From Trichinella spiralis (taxonomy: Eukaryota): a stretch of 64,000 bases of DNA. The position numbers and the translations under genes are program-made. The notes below the pieces were generated by a model. It was given only the letters and a program-made list of their open reading frames with translations. It ran no database searches and had not been told where the DNA came from. The DNA lies in NCBI RefSeq assembly GCF_000181795.1, contig NW_003526947.1, forward strand, positions 1,038,029 through 1,102,028. The letters run 5' to 3'. Positions 39,978 through 54,500 of this stretch are shown one piece after another; the first letter of the stretch is position 1, and each line of letters begins with the position of its first letter.

Positions 39978-42900
39978 AAAAATTGAACAAACGTATCATT
40001 TGAAAAAAAAGTACACGCTTCACCAGTTTCGTACAACAATTAAAATAACCAGACACCCACTCACAAATGTACAAAATTAATTTTTTCACCTTTTGAATTG
40101 GTTAATTTTCTTTCACGATCCAACTTAGCTCTCACAAGTTTTACATTTTTGTTCAACAATTATACCGCATGTTGAATAATAATAAATTTTTAGAAAAACA
40201 AAACAGTTGACTAGATTACAAAATACAGTAATTCAAAAAAAAACTTTTTCACGACTCAAATCATGTTGCTGAGCGTGCAAGTAATGCAATCAATTTTACG
40301 TCGCAATTGACAACGTTGCATTCAAAATAGCACAACTTATAAATTAATCACTGTGAAAACAAAAAAGAAAAAAATCATTATTCGCAATTATTGCGCATTC
40401 TGACTATTTAATTGTTTTATGTGTCCATTTTCTTGAATTTCTTATTGTCCTATTTTTGTTTTTGCATTTCTGTGTATAACATTTCATTAGTAAAATTCAG
40501 TTAGTTGTTGTATAGATTTTGTCGTCGGCGAACAGTCGCGATTGAAATTGAATCAAATTCGTGAAATGGAAAAACGCTCGTCAGCTATACGAGCATAAAA
40601 GACAGGCTGGATGAAAATTTCTATTATGACAATTGGGAGAATATATTTCGAATAATCGAATCGAACAAACTGAACTGCTTGCTGTATTTGAAAATGTTCC
40701 CTCTGTCTCTCTAGTTAAAATAATAACTGAATATTACAAAAAAAAAGAATATTTTTGTTGTACTATTAATTAAATGTTATGTTGAAAATGAGTAAATGAG
40801 ACGAGAGAAGGTTTACAAAAGAAAAAACCAAATTTCATAAACTAATAAATTTGGAATATAGTAACTGATTTCGAAGATGAAAAAAATAATTAAAAATTCA
40901 TCAAATTAATCCATTTTATCACTTTTAATTTAGAAAATTTCATGCACAGTAATGTAAATGATGCACAGGTTCAATAGTTGAAAAAGGTAGAAAAGTGATT
41001 TCGCAGTGGAGCTCAAAGAGAAACAGTCTTACCGCAGAGACAGTCCTGATAGCGTTCGATACACTGCAACAAGCGTTCGCATGTCTGCTTTACCGAATCG
41101 TAAACCTGAAAATTTCCAAAATGTATTTCAAATTCACAATTGTGTCACAAAATGCAAGAAAAAAAAGCGATTTCCAATTCAATTGGCCTCATTTTACAAT
41201 TTACGAATCGAAATTTTCTAAAGTAGAAGATTTCGAAAGAGGAAAGATTTCTTTTTTTTTCCCTCGTTTTTCTCATTACGAACTCAAAAAATTGTGCTTG
41301 AGCATCACAAAAAAGAAATGAAAAAAAATTGGAAAAAAAACAGGTCAATAAAATCAGTCCAGACGGTGACAGGAAGTGGAACCGTGGACAGTTCGAATAC
41401 ACGTGGTGATTTGAAGTGAAACATGGCACGTGACGCGAATTGGACCCAAGTTTGTCAGTCGATAAAATTTATTTGTGCGAACCAAGTGGAAAATTGGTCT
41501 TCAAAGAGAAAGAGAAAGAGAGAGAGAGAGTAATTATTTATCGTTTGTCAGATAATCGTTTCTCTCTTTTCGAACAAATTTATCGCATAAATATCTCCTC
41601 TGAATTGTAAACTTATTTTTTGTTATTCATATGAAAAAAATTAATAAAATCTGATCGATGGTTTGAAGATGAGATGAAAATGGTCTTTCGTTTTCTTCCA
41701 CTCTATCTGTGTCTGTTTTACCAGCTTTGCGTTCTGTTGACAGTATGAGAAATAGTAGTTTGAATGACGAATTGGAGAATAAACAAGCACTACCAGGACA
41801 AAGCTAGAATAATGACCCTTAGCCAAAGTTGGCTTAAATAACACGTGACCAGAGACAGAGATAGAGAAAAGAGAAACATTTCAAAAGCTTTATAACGACA
41901 CCACCACCAGCTGGTCAGTAAACGATAAAGCATCCAAATAATGAGGGACACGGTACAAACGTCACACGCAGACGTCCTGACCCGACCTGAATGATTTTCA
42001 AAATTGTTCCATCACCACCACCAGCTAGTCAGTATCCATCACGATCATCTTCCTCAAAGGTCACAACCATAAAAATATTATTATTATTGTTGTTGTTGAT
42101 GACCACCGGGCTCGTAAAGCACGTGGGAAAATAAATAAATAAATAAAAACAAGTAATTTCTCCAAAAATAAAAACAAACTTATTGCACTTTTACAATAAT
42201 TTAACATCTACAGTAGGACTTTGAAAAAGTGGTGAATTTTTAAAAGTTTACTTTGAAAAAAAGAAAAACATGAATTTTTTTTTGTTGTTGTGTGGTTAAA
42301 TTTCAATTCAGACAACGTCTGACAAGAATAAAAATATTAGAAAATAATCCCATCACTGAAGTATTAATAAAGTGGCTATTGGAATTATTAATTTGGTCAA
42401 CCAGTCGACTAGTCAAAGTAGAATCAAGCCCGTGATGATGTGTTAACAAAAGCAGCAGCAAATACAATTATCAAATTGGGATAGAATCAATTATGAAAAT
42501 TATCAAAAATTTTTCTATGATTAATTTTCTAAATGTAGCGCGCTATTTTTCAATTTCAATTACAAAATGTGAAATTTTGTTCAAACAATTTTATCAATGT
42601 AAACAAATAACTGCTTGAACAGTGAAAAGACGATTATTTTCATTCCAGTGTAAACGTCAGACTTTTACACAAACACATCGTGTACACAGAGATGACACAG
42701 TAGCATGTGAACAAATATATAAATATATTGAAAATCAAGAATTACCAATTGACTAGTTATGAATATTAAATATTAAAACAGCTGCGTTCTATTATTATTA
42801 TTATCATTGTTCTACAAATATGTTACCAATAGCAAAAGTGTTACACAGTTGTTGAAAGAAAATTGAATAAATTGATCAACTGAGAACAAACAACATGTGC

Positions 42901-44798
42901 GAAAAATATTTGTTTGTTTGTTTGTTTTTTTAAAAGAAGAAAGTTGTGTGTGTGTGTTGTGGGTGGGTAGATGGAATTGCTTGTGCATGTCTTTCTACTA
43001 TTATACTATGGACAACAAATTTGGACCATCAAAATAAGTAGAATAAGAAGAAAGTTCGATCCGTGGTGGCGTGGCCAAGTGCATGCATGCATGCATGCTT
43101 GCAGGACGTAGTAGAGATTTGACGACGTGAAACGCGTGAGTCGTGTAAACAATATTCATATCAATTGATAAATCGATGGAAAAATTAGGTGCGCCCGTCG
43201 ATTATTTGTCTCGGCGTTCGTAATTTGTTCCATTTCAAAGATCACGTTAATTAATTGAACAAAATCGACAAATTGATCTGCTGCTGTTCGTTTTTGTAAA
43301 TTGGCAAATTGCTACTACCACTACTTCTGTTGCTTATTGACGACAATATTGATGTTGTCTGAATGGAATATTGGAAATGCAAATTCGATTCTACAACCCG
43401 TGCCAGGGTGAAGGACAAAAAAAACACCGTAAAAAATATAAATATATAAACAAACAACAGGCTTACTGTAAGTACGAGCTTGCGTGCCAGACAGAAAGTG
43501 TCATACTTTTTTCTTTTTTTTTTGAAAAAAGATGCAAATTGACAATCGAGAGAAAAATAATCACGTTATTAATAATTAGAGAAAAGAAATGACGTGTGTA
43601 TTATGTGTTCGGTCGAATATGACTGACGTAAAGGAAAAATGTGAACATTAAAATGCAAGTGTACGTCTCGCGTCATATCACGTATCAAAAACGACCAACG
43701 ACCACTGCCCGAAACAAAAGAAGAATCGAATTTTAGCCCACAGTATAATTGGGCGTTCTTTGAATGTTGAATTGTAAAATCAGAAAAGTGAATAATAATT
43801 TTCAAAGAAATAAAAGAAAAAAAAAGAAATTCAATTTTCATCCATCACTACTACTACTACTATTGAAAATTTCATTCACATTCACGTGTATCAGAGAAGT
43901 TGGTTCGCCGTTTGTTGCCCGCTACTAATTGAATCCTCGTAGTTCATCAGTTTAATTTAAACAAAAAAAATTAATTAATTATTTGAAATTGGACGATGAA
44001 GTGAACAAATAGTGCAATTCGATCACAACACCCTTTTGTGATCGTGTTTTCGAATTTGAATTATTGGAAAAAGGGAACTTTCTTCTCTCTTTCGCATCGA
44101 TAATACAACACTTTTTCACAACAATTCGCTTGACTTGAAAATTAAATACATTTTCATTAAAATAAAATAACATAAAATAATAACAACAAATAGGAACACA
44201 ACGATCGATAATGTTCAGCCGAAATGGAAAAATTGATGCATCAATTTGAAAAGAAACAACGATGAATAATTGATTTAAAAAAATAAAAAATAAAAAAAAC
44301 AGATATAGAATAAATTTTCCGACTGGTTGGAACAGAATATGAACAAACAGGACAAAAAATTATATTACAGTAAAGTACAGTAGAGTAAAAAAATTTTTAA
44401 AAGATGAACAGGCATCAATGTCAAAACGAGAAAAAGAAAACAATTGGAAAACGTGATCAGCGTCGTTGAACGGGGCGCTCCAGCTATTTCGAGGAGGAAG
44501 TAAGAGTAGTGGATTATTTTCCGTCTTGACAATTCGAATGGGGAAATAATTCGACAAATATTGATTTAAATATATATAAATAAATAAATAAATAAAATTT
44601 ATACAAAGAATGGAAGTTGAAAAAATTTTCCACCTAGTTTTGAACATTCCACTCGTCACGCCCACGTGTCATTTTTGTCGTCGAAAAGAAAGAAAAAAAG
44701 AAAAACAGAGAAAGTGATGAATAAAAAAAAAGATATTTTTCCCCCTACATTTTCCGGCTTTCTTTTTTCTTTTAAAATCGAAATATTCAAGCCGGAAG

Positions 44799-44880
<82 letters not shown>

Positions 44881-45361
44881 AATTGAATCACGCAACAAAT
44901 AAATAAATAAATAATTAATTAATTAAAATATCTCTCCATTTGAAAAATAAAACTGAACCAAAAACACACGAAGAAAACTGAAAATTTTTTTTCAAAAAAA
45001 AGTGTCAGAAGAGGTTTTTGACCTGTATTTTAGCGTCGAGTTGTGCATCCGATGCGATCAGATGCTCGTCTTCCCTTTTGCCGAGCTTCGTGCGCACCGT
45101 CTGCTTAGTCGTCCAATATTGCTGACGTAAGCGTTGCAACGGTGATTCATCGCGTCGGTCGAACTCGTAACAGGAAGAAAATCTGCCATCAAATGACAAT
45201 ACATTAATTTTATTATCCGATCCATAAAATACAATAAAATAAAGTAAATTATCAATTTTATACAACACAATTTATATAATTGGTCTGTTTTATTTGTTCT
45301 TTCTTTATACACAATAAAGCATATACGTGTATATATACCTCCTGCTGTTGCTGTTGTTCAT
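37405..45361 (-). CDS. ric-19: Islet cell autoantigen 69 (ICA69/ICA1) orthologue, Arfaptin/BAR plus ICA69 C-terminal domain; ~13 exons (first four: 45361-45339, 45182-45023, 41105-41033, 39945-39822; last ends 37405)
   Basis: QQYWTTKQ...GKREDEHLIASDAQLDAKI, AGKMMASVGRAQSYTAQQRLALRIPL, YRGSLMWMNDVSQQLDPD, QKIDLLVASRCNLFS, KGYQHYEFTILK, MPSDLLD and terminal WLDLFADLDP are all characteristic of ICA69/RIC-19. Exons in the divergent C-terminal half are approximate. Confidence 0.94.
44803..44877. repeat. (CT)n/(AG)n microsatellite in ric-19 intron 2
   Basis: About 37 perfect dinucleotide units. Confidence 0.97.
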
Positions 45362-46345
45362 GTCGTAGCCGACCGGCACACACACACACACACACACACA
45401 GTGAATGAATGCAGCAGCCCGTACTACAAATATAATATTAATTTAAAAAAAAAATAATTTCAAAAACAACATACGCATATGAGTGATAAGAAAATATTTG
45501 AAAAAAAAAGTAGGAACGAAAATCTCGCTCGGACTGAATTCACCTCAATTCCAGTGATTGAATTTATTCACCGTCAGTTTTGTTAAAAATATTTTTACTT
45601 CATCCGGAAATAAAATAACAACAATAAAAGAGGAAAACGGAAATTTTTTAAAACCAATATACTAGAGATCATCGGTGGTGTACGGTCGGGCAAAACTGGT
45701 CGGTCGATCGTCGTCATCAGCCCAGCATACTTCTATGTGGTAGTTTATTTAGTTGGTAGATGCAAATTTAAAATTAAAAAAAAAAAAAACTAAAAATAAA
45801 AAAAATAATTGTAAAAATTAAAAGTTAACTATTATAATAATGAATTTGAAAGTGAAAAAGAAAAATAAACAAAACGTTGGTTGGGTGGGGCGAATAGCGG
45901 AAATGTAACAATTACGTCGGGCGGCGTTTACTCGGAAAGTGGTGATGTATTTTTATATGATCGTCATTAGAAGCTTTTTGCTTGTTCGTCGTCGTCGTTG
46001 TAAACTGATGCTTTTTAGCTTACAACCATCTGAAAGCACAGATAAAAAGATTTTTCCAAAAAAATAATAGTAGCTGTTATCCATCAGCATTAGCAAAAAG
46101 ACAAAAATGGCAAAAAGTACAAAATTGATGATTTTGTTTGTTTTTTTTGCATTTTCTTTTTCAACAAAACTGTATGAACAAAACGTGCGTGCTGTGTGAT
46201 CTTATGTTTAAAGAGGGGGTGGGATAGAGAAAGAGAGAAAAAGAGAACAGAGTATTATAATAGAAAGCGTCGTTGTCTGGTACGCCTGTGAAAAATCTTC
46301 ACCTAATCATAATTGACAAGCGCACACATGCTTCAGGCTATAACG

Positions 46346-46440
46346 ATAATAATAATAATAATAATAATAGTAATAATAAGAATAATAATAATAATAATAA
46401 TAGTAATAATAATAATAGCAATAATAATAATAATAATAAC
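46346..46440. repeat. Imperfect (AAT)n microsatellite
   Basis: About 30 AAT units with AGT/AAG/AGC interruptions. Confidence 0.95.
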
Positions 46441-47031
46441 ACATCGCCCGGGCTGGAAATCACGTGAATAAAACAAACTTGCCTAAACTGATAGACAGAA
46501 GACATGGTATTCAAGATCACAGAAGAAATAAAAACACAAAAATAGATAAAGTAGAAAATGGAAAGAAAAAAAAGATAGTGAGAGAGAAGTGGGAGGGGAA
46601 AGAGAAGATGAAAAAAAAAAAGAATTTTTCTCATAACATCGGTAAATATTTTTTCAGTGGCGACGTTACCACCAATAGAATCTTTCTTTACACATACAGC
46701 AAGCGAATACATGTTGCTGCTGCTGCTGCGTATATCATCGGTGTTTTCTTAGATGAAAAAAAGATACACAATAAAAAAACATGACAAATTGTGCAATGTT
46801 AAATGTGAAGCAAATGTGGACGTAGGAAGAAGGAAAAGGGAGAAAAAAAATTTCTTTTTTTTTTAAATCTTTTTCTGAATGAGAAGAAAAAGCAGAAGAG
46901 AAATAGATAAAAGAAAAAGAAAATTGCAAAGAACAGTTTTTCATATTTATCTGTTATCACTAATTTTTGTTATTATCACCATTATTATTACTATTAGAAT
47001 TATAATAATTATCATTATTTGACCGATTTGA

Positions 47032-48024
47032 TCAGATTTTCTTGATCTTTTCGCCTTGAATCACTGGGTTGTTCTTACGAATTTCAGCTTTTCCCATAGC
47101 TTTGTAATCAAAATTGCATTCATGCATGTCGGTGTATCGATGGACGGCACAAAACAATCCACCACAACGACATTCGAAACCTACAAACACACGTTTCCTC
47201 AACAAACAACACAACACACATTTTTTTAAGAAAATAAATAAAATCAAAAAATAGACAACAACAACAACAACAACAAAATTATCAACAATGCTTCATACCA
47301 GTCAACCCGACGCGCTTTTTGCATGCCAGACACCGATTCGATTTCTTGCCTTCAAGCTTTGCAGAAGTGGTGGTGGTGGTGGTGGTAGTGCTATTATCTC
47401 CGCTCTTTTCACCACCACCACTGCCGTTCAACGATGACGAACTAACGGATACGACGAGCACTTTGTTGGCAGCGGCATCAATCGCATCGACGACCGTTTC
47501 AACATCAACCGGCATTTCTGGGCGCTCCTGAATTTAAATTGACAACAAATTAAAACACCAAACACGCTTTTAATTCAACTCAGTCAATCAACAACAACAA
47601 CAACAACAACAAACCGGATACAACAATTTGACAAAGAAGCCAAATAAAAAATAAGAATAAACAAAAAACACAACTACATACTTCCTGCGGTACAGGAGCT
47701 GTAGCGCCGGTCAATTTGGAATGGCCACTGAAGTTCATAACATCCCCAGCATTTTTCATCCCATCGTCGACTTTGACACCTAAAATTACAGTAGGAACAT
47801 GATCATCAATTTCACAGTCGAGTGTGGAGTGAGTGATTTGCGGATGTGGAAAAACCTGGCGACGGCGCTGAGCTGACCACATTGCACGTTGGCTGGCCTT
47901 GACGTCGCTTCAATGACTCTTTGAAACATTTTGAGCACAAGCCGTCCGTCGCAGCCGAACCATAAAAACCGCATCCACTTTTACAAAGCGTTGGATGCGT
48001 CGACTGATTCATATCTTGTTCCAT
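47032..48024 (-). CDS. A20/AN1 zinc-finger protein (ZFAND5/6-like); exons approx. 48024-47856, 47779-47682, 47528-47299, 47180-47032
   Basis: N-terminal A20 finger [24 protein letters not shown]-terminal AN1 finger [39 protein letters not shown]...[13 protein letters not shown]. Confidence 0.95.
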
Positions 48025-51000
48025 AGCATCTGAAAAATCGGAAAATAAAAATTATTCAATCTTAACCCAAACAACACCTATTATCTCTTCTCTACTCTTC
48101 TTAAATACATTACAAACGTATTTTTCATACCACCGATGGGAATAATTAATTAATTAATTAATTATTCAATTACACAACATTCAACATTGAACTGACAAAA
48201 AGAAAATGAATTGTGAAAAATAAAAGTAAAAAAATAGTGTACAATGACGCGACGTCTCGACAGTGATTTGTTAAAATCAGAAAACTGAAAGCTACGGCCA
48301 AATTTTCAAGCCCGCCACATAGCAAACGCCCAGTTTTCACGCGCTTCACTCTTTCTCTGACGTAATAGAGGGGGGGGGAGAGGGATGCGCTTGGCGGTGA
48401 CACTTCCGCGCTATTTGTCGTCAGCTGACTCACACAAAATATCAGCAGTTGTTGTCGTGTGTCTACGTATCGTTGTCGTCAACGTCCTTGTCACCCATGA
48501 AGCCCTTGATTACAACAAGAACACCCTCAAAGTTTAAGAAATGAGAAGAAAAGGAAAAATTCATCAAAATCGTCACATGGAAAATTTCTCTCTCACGCGC
48601 GCGCGCGCGCACACACACACACACACATACACACATACACGCAGATATACATGTATACACATCAATATCCCATATACTCATATCTGTATAGTTACAAACT
48701 TTTTCTCTCTGTACCTTCAATGCTGTTCAATCAACACGCATTTATTTGTCTACTTCAAAGAAACATGCACTTATATACAATATATATCTACATAGAAATA
48801 CATTTTCATGCATTATTATTACACGCGCTGACAAATATGATATCTTCACAATGATATCATGATATGATAATAAATAAATTGAAAAACTTACAAATATAGA
48901 GGCAAAGTGAAGAAAAAGTACACGTAATATAAATAGCGAATAATTTTCAAAGAAAACTGCTCTATTTCTTACGTTATTGACCGATCAAATATGATGACAA
49001 AAGTGGAAAGAGTTTCGCTTAATGATGAAAGTATTATTCTGAAAAGCATGCACGGGGAAATTTTGCTCAAAATTTCAACATCTTATGGGACAAAGTCCTG
49101 CGAAATCGCAGCTACCGAAATTCCAAAAACAAAACAACAAACAAACAAATAATGACTAATGTCGACTTTGGAAACGTAAAAGAAGAATCGATCATTGAAA
49201 AGGAGAAAAGAAAAAGACTTTCGAAATACTCACACGAAAACAGAATCGTCCACACCGATCGGTCGAAACAACAACAGCGTCTGAAACGAGCACAGCCGCC
49301 ACACACTGGCGAAACAAAATGTAATATGACAGCGCTTCTACGCTGAGCTTCTGTCGACGTAGCTTCGTACTTGACATTCAATAAGCTACAAAACAGCGTA
49401 TACTATCATCCGGAAGTAAAAAAAAAAGTTTATTATTTCATATTAATCATAATATAAATATTCAAATAATTTAGTCATCAGTACGAGTATTAAGCAAATT
49501 ATTCTGTACAACTACTAGGTGTTGTATCGTACGCAACTTTATACTGTAGCTTTGCTGTTTGTTTTACAACCAATGAGTCATGTAATAAAAGAAAAAATAA
49601 CCGAACAATTGTTTCATTTCAGGAAGTTTAATTTCACTTTTAAAATCAAATTCTCATTTTATTTATTAAATGACAAAAATTAGTATTTTTTTAGTTGCAT
49701 AAATAATTTTATTTCCGCTTGTTGGTTTTTCAAGAGTGAAATCAATTGAACGAGCAGTTCGCATGGTTGAATGAAAATATTTGCAAGTAGTGAATGGAAG
49801 AAATTAATAATAAGTATTATTATTATTATCATTTTCTTTCTCATTATCATCTATGTGTGCTTGTTCGTTCGACAACATTCGACCAACTTTTGCGTTTATC
49901 ACACTAGTCATGAAGCAGCTTTGGGAAATTTTAATAAATCCTAATAGAACCGAATTTCAACATCATCCACAAGCTCAGTTCGGGTTGGAAGTGAAATTTT
50001 GATTTTTCTCATTCAAAACGTTGAAATATTATCCGACTGCTCATTGAAATTCAAAGCCCGAACAATTATGGGAAATTAAAAGAAAAATTATGTCTATTAA
50101 AATCAATTTCACTTTTTTCAACGTCTGGGAAAATTTCTACAAACGATGAATATTATCGGTGAAATTTATTGTTTGCCGAAAAATGAACTGGCATATACAC
50201 TTTTCAACTTCCGTGGATTGCGTCAAAATTTTACTCTTTATTTACGTCCGCAATCTGTTTTCAGCAAATTGAAATTCGCTCGGCAAATGGCGTCACATCT
50301 TCGTCAACACAGTGCGGCTAATCAAAGCCAACTTGCGCACAGGACAACAAATGAAGATCCGTTTTCAAAGCACAACAAACACATGCTTTGAAAGTTCAAC
50401 ATCTGGTGCTTTCTATTGATAGGCGAAAATGAGAAAAACAGACAATTTTGTAGAAAATGTCCAATGGAAAAATGGTGCAAATCGGTCTGCCTATTCTGTT
50501 TGCACAATGCAAAATGGAGAAATTAATAATTATTATGCAAAATGTTGTATTGAAAACAAACGTCGGTGATCATTGAACATTTTCAATAACGGTCAAGTTG
50601 ATGTGCTCTATGTTTACACAAATAAGCATGACCCAGATGATTTGTTTGTGTGTTTCATCGAAATGTTGGACAATTTTACTACGGTGTATTTTTCATGACA
50701 ATCAAGTTTAATTGAAAATTATTTTCAGCGAATGTTATTGATATTGCAACTTCACATTCAAATGATTTGTGGAAAATATTTTCCCCCTCCCCCCAAACTC
50801 TACGCTTAGAATAATTTCAGCTGTTTTCAATTTTGTCGGTTAAATAATGAGCAGTTTGAAGTTGTTGATCATGATTTGTTTTACTGCTGTTTAGTAAAAA
50901 TTCAGCGTTTTTATAATAACTATCAATAAAAAGCGGCTGTCCTATTGAAGCACATTTGAAAATACTTGAAGCATAAATAAATCTAAGCAGATAATAATGG

Positions 51001-51536
51001 CTAAAAACAAATTAGTTTGAAAAACATCAAAAAGTAATAGCAGCATTACAGATGTTCATTAAGAATTTAAAAACAATATTCTAGCAAAAAATATTATTGG
51101 CATCAAATGTTCATCTGGCATTGCCTTAGCAACGCATATTTATTACTAACAACAAAAGAATGAATAAAAAGAAAATTTCTTCTTGAAAACCCCCGCATTA
51201 TTAATTTCATTTATTTCTTCAATCGAAAATGAGATCGTATTTCGACATTTTTAAACAAAACATTAACATATGAAAATTTAACATTATTTCAATTTCTTCT
51301 CCATTCGTTGATCAAATTAAATTATTTTATTGCGCTGCAAGATGAAATTACAAAACGTCACGACGGGACAACTAATTTATTCATTGAAGATGGCCAGAGA
51401 TAAACAAATGGATTACCGATGCGACTTATGATCGTGAAATGAAAATCTTATTTAATTCTTATAAAACTTAAAACATTTCATCAGTTCTTCACATCCAGAT
51501 GATGATATTCTCCAATGATGACGTTTCACTGCCATA

Positions 51537-54500
51537 TCAGCGTACTCGAGACTTCCTCGAACGAACCTTCAGTCCACCAATACCTGCAATGTGATATTTA
51601 AAAATGTTAATTTTGCACACACACACAACACAGTTGCGTGCGTATTTTTTGTATTCTGTTTCGAAATTTACCAAGATCAACAAATGGTGCAGATTCGAAA
51701 CCGAATGATTTTGCCACTGCTTGCAAATCCAACGTAGCTACATTGAAAATATCTTTCAGCTGATGTGAATCATACGCTCGAACGTAACCTTTGAAAGCTT
51801 CAATTGCCGATTTGAACAAGTAAACGTTAGATTTCAATAATTTTTCTAGCTGAATTAAAAAAAAAATATTTTATACTTCTTTTTATCTTTCTTAAATTCA
51901 ACGTACCTGCTTCTGCACGTTGGCCACTTTGTCCCATGAGCATTCGTATTCCAGTACGGGAATTTTAGCTTGTTTCAAATAATAGAGAAATTTCAATTCA
52001 CTTGGTTGTAATATAAGCAGCGCATTTCCTTGGCCACCTTCACCTCGAGCCGTTCGTCCAACACGATGTATATAATCGGTCGGATCATCCGGCGGATCGT
52101 ATTGAACGATCCAATCAACTTTCGGAATATCCAACCCTCTGGCAGCCACGTCTGTGCACAGCAGCGTACCAGCCTGTGCTTTGATGAAGCTGAAAAATGT
52201 GCTCGTCCGTTTCTGTTGCTTCTGCTTACCCTATTCACAAAAAGAAAATAATCAGTAAAATGCAAAACAATCCAAAAAAATTGTACTCACGTGAATACTA
52301 GCAACAGGTACTTCAATGTAATTCAACAAATCGCTATGATATTTAACCGATGCGCAGGAAGAAAAGAATACCATCACTTTTTTCTTCTTGTTTTTTCGTA
52401 AAAATGTATATAATAATGAAAATCTGTTTTCTATAGGACAAACTGCATAGCCCTGAAAAAACACAGAAAACAACTTTGCTTTTGCAATTTATCACACACA
52501 CACACACATGTATATGTTATACATACATTCACGAGTAAAATTAATTTTACGAAAAATAAAATTATAAAAATGCATTATTAACCTGACGCAAACCTTCAAC
52601 AGTTGCTTGTTCTACATTCGATGCTATGCCGACAAACAACGGCTCCTTTTTCAATGCTAATTTAGCAAGATCCTCAATCTTAGCTGTCTGCGTGGCCGAA
52701 AACAACATCGTCTGCCGTTGTTCTGAGAATAATATATTTAGGTAATATTGAAACAAAATAAAACAAATAAAAAACAATCATACTAGGCAACAGTCGGATA
52801 ATCTGTTGCATTTCCAGTTCAAAACCAATTTCCAATATTCGATCCGCTTCGTCAATTATCAAACATTGTAAATTCTTGTACGTAAATTCTGTTGTATTCT
52901 AAGTACAAAAAGCAAAAAGTATTTTTCAAAATCAAAAAAAAAACACCAAACCACTGACTCGTAAATGATCAAGCAGTCGACCAGGTGTGGCAACCAATAT
53001 GCAAATTCCAGTAGATAATTTTGCTGCTTCAATTTTACGATTCGCGCCACCAATCACTAAGCCATGAGTTATGGAATGATATTTCAGTAGTTCAATAAGA
53101 ACGCCATATGTTTGCATGCTCAATTCGCGAGTAGGACTAATCACGATGCAACCAGTTCCTTAAAATTAAATAGAAATTATAAATCTTACAAAAATATACA
53201 AGAACAGTAAAGTTATACCATTTCGAGGTAAAAATCTCAACTTATACAACAATTCTACAGCTGGAACCAAAAATGCAAGCGTTTTACCACTTCCAGTTTT
53301 CGCTGCACCCATAACATCCCTGTATAAAAGATAAAAGAAATAACTGCTACAGATTCATAGTCGATTCATTGGTTTACCTTCCTTCGAGTAACGATGGTAT
53401 TGTTTGAGCTTGAATTTCAGTCATTGTTTCAAATCCCATATCTCGGATCGCTTTCAGAGTTTGTTCCGAAACAATTCCAGCAAGAGAACTGAAACTCTTA
53501 CCACTTAAAATAGATTGACAGAGCATCAAAGCTGCTATAAAAAACTGAAATTAAACCAACAGTTTCGGTAGAATATTATCAAAAACTGATGCATACATGT
53601 TGAACTGCTCGCTAAAATTTTCTCTTCATTATTCGTATCTACGTCGGAAGAACTTTTCACTTCCTTGATATCATCATCTACAACAGAACAATTTGTTTCA
53701 TCAACGAGCTCTTCTTCATTTCCAATCTGTTGCTCAACTAAAAAACAAATACATCTTACAACTATCCCATTTTTAAACTACTGTAAAAAAGTAAATAAAT
53801 AAACTTTTTCGTTTCTTCTTCTTATGCTTTTTCTTCGACTGATCTTCTTTTAAGGTGCCTATAACAATGGAAATTTGATAAATATATAATTTACATATAA
53901 TTTTGAATTGCATACTTTCGCACGAATTTGCTGCAATTTCAGACGTGGCTTTGTCAATTCTGCCCTTGTAATTTCCTTTTGCACTGTCATAATCTGCAAA
54001 AATGTACAAATGTCATAATTTCAAAGCATCCTATGCAATTAATGAAAAACCTTTTCTCAAAATAATGTTCAATTTTCTGCAAAAATTAAAAATTGCACTC
54101 AATCTTTTTAAAGAATACGGCAATTTTCCAATAAATAAAAGTTAATAAAGAATTTCCAATTTCTAACCTCATATTCAAAATACTAACAACTCAGAATTCA
54201 TGAAACTTTTATAATAATGTAAAAATACCAAAAAGCATAGCAAATGGCAACATGAGAACACAATCATACCGTTCACATTCAATTGTTTTTCCGTTTTGCT
54301 TTGTGTTGTTGTTTCTTCGTATTCGAAATTTTCATTTGTCATTTCACCAGTACTTTTTGCTGCTTCTTGCTCTCCATGACTATCTAACAGAGAAAAATTA
54401 TATTCAAAATACGAGCTATTTAATCAATGAACAAAATAAATACTTTTCCGATTGGATGTTTTCTTGTGTTTAGAATGCAGGCTTTCCACTATTTCACTAT

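Noticed and set aside
43051..43100. GTTCGATCC and TGGCGTGGCCAAGTG resembling tRNA B and A boxes
   Set aside because: The boxes are in the wrong order, there is no cloverleaf, and (GCAT)n follows.
44656..44902. ER- and LS-repeat ORFs; likewise poly-N and poly-L ORFs at 46273-46712
   Set aside because: Translations of microsatellites.
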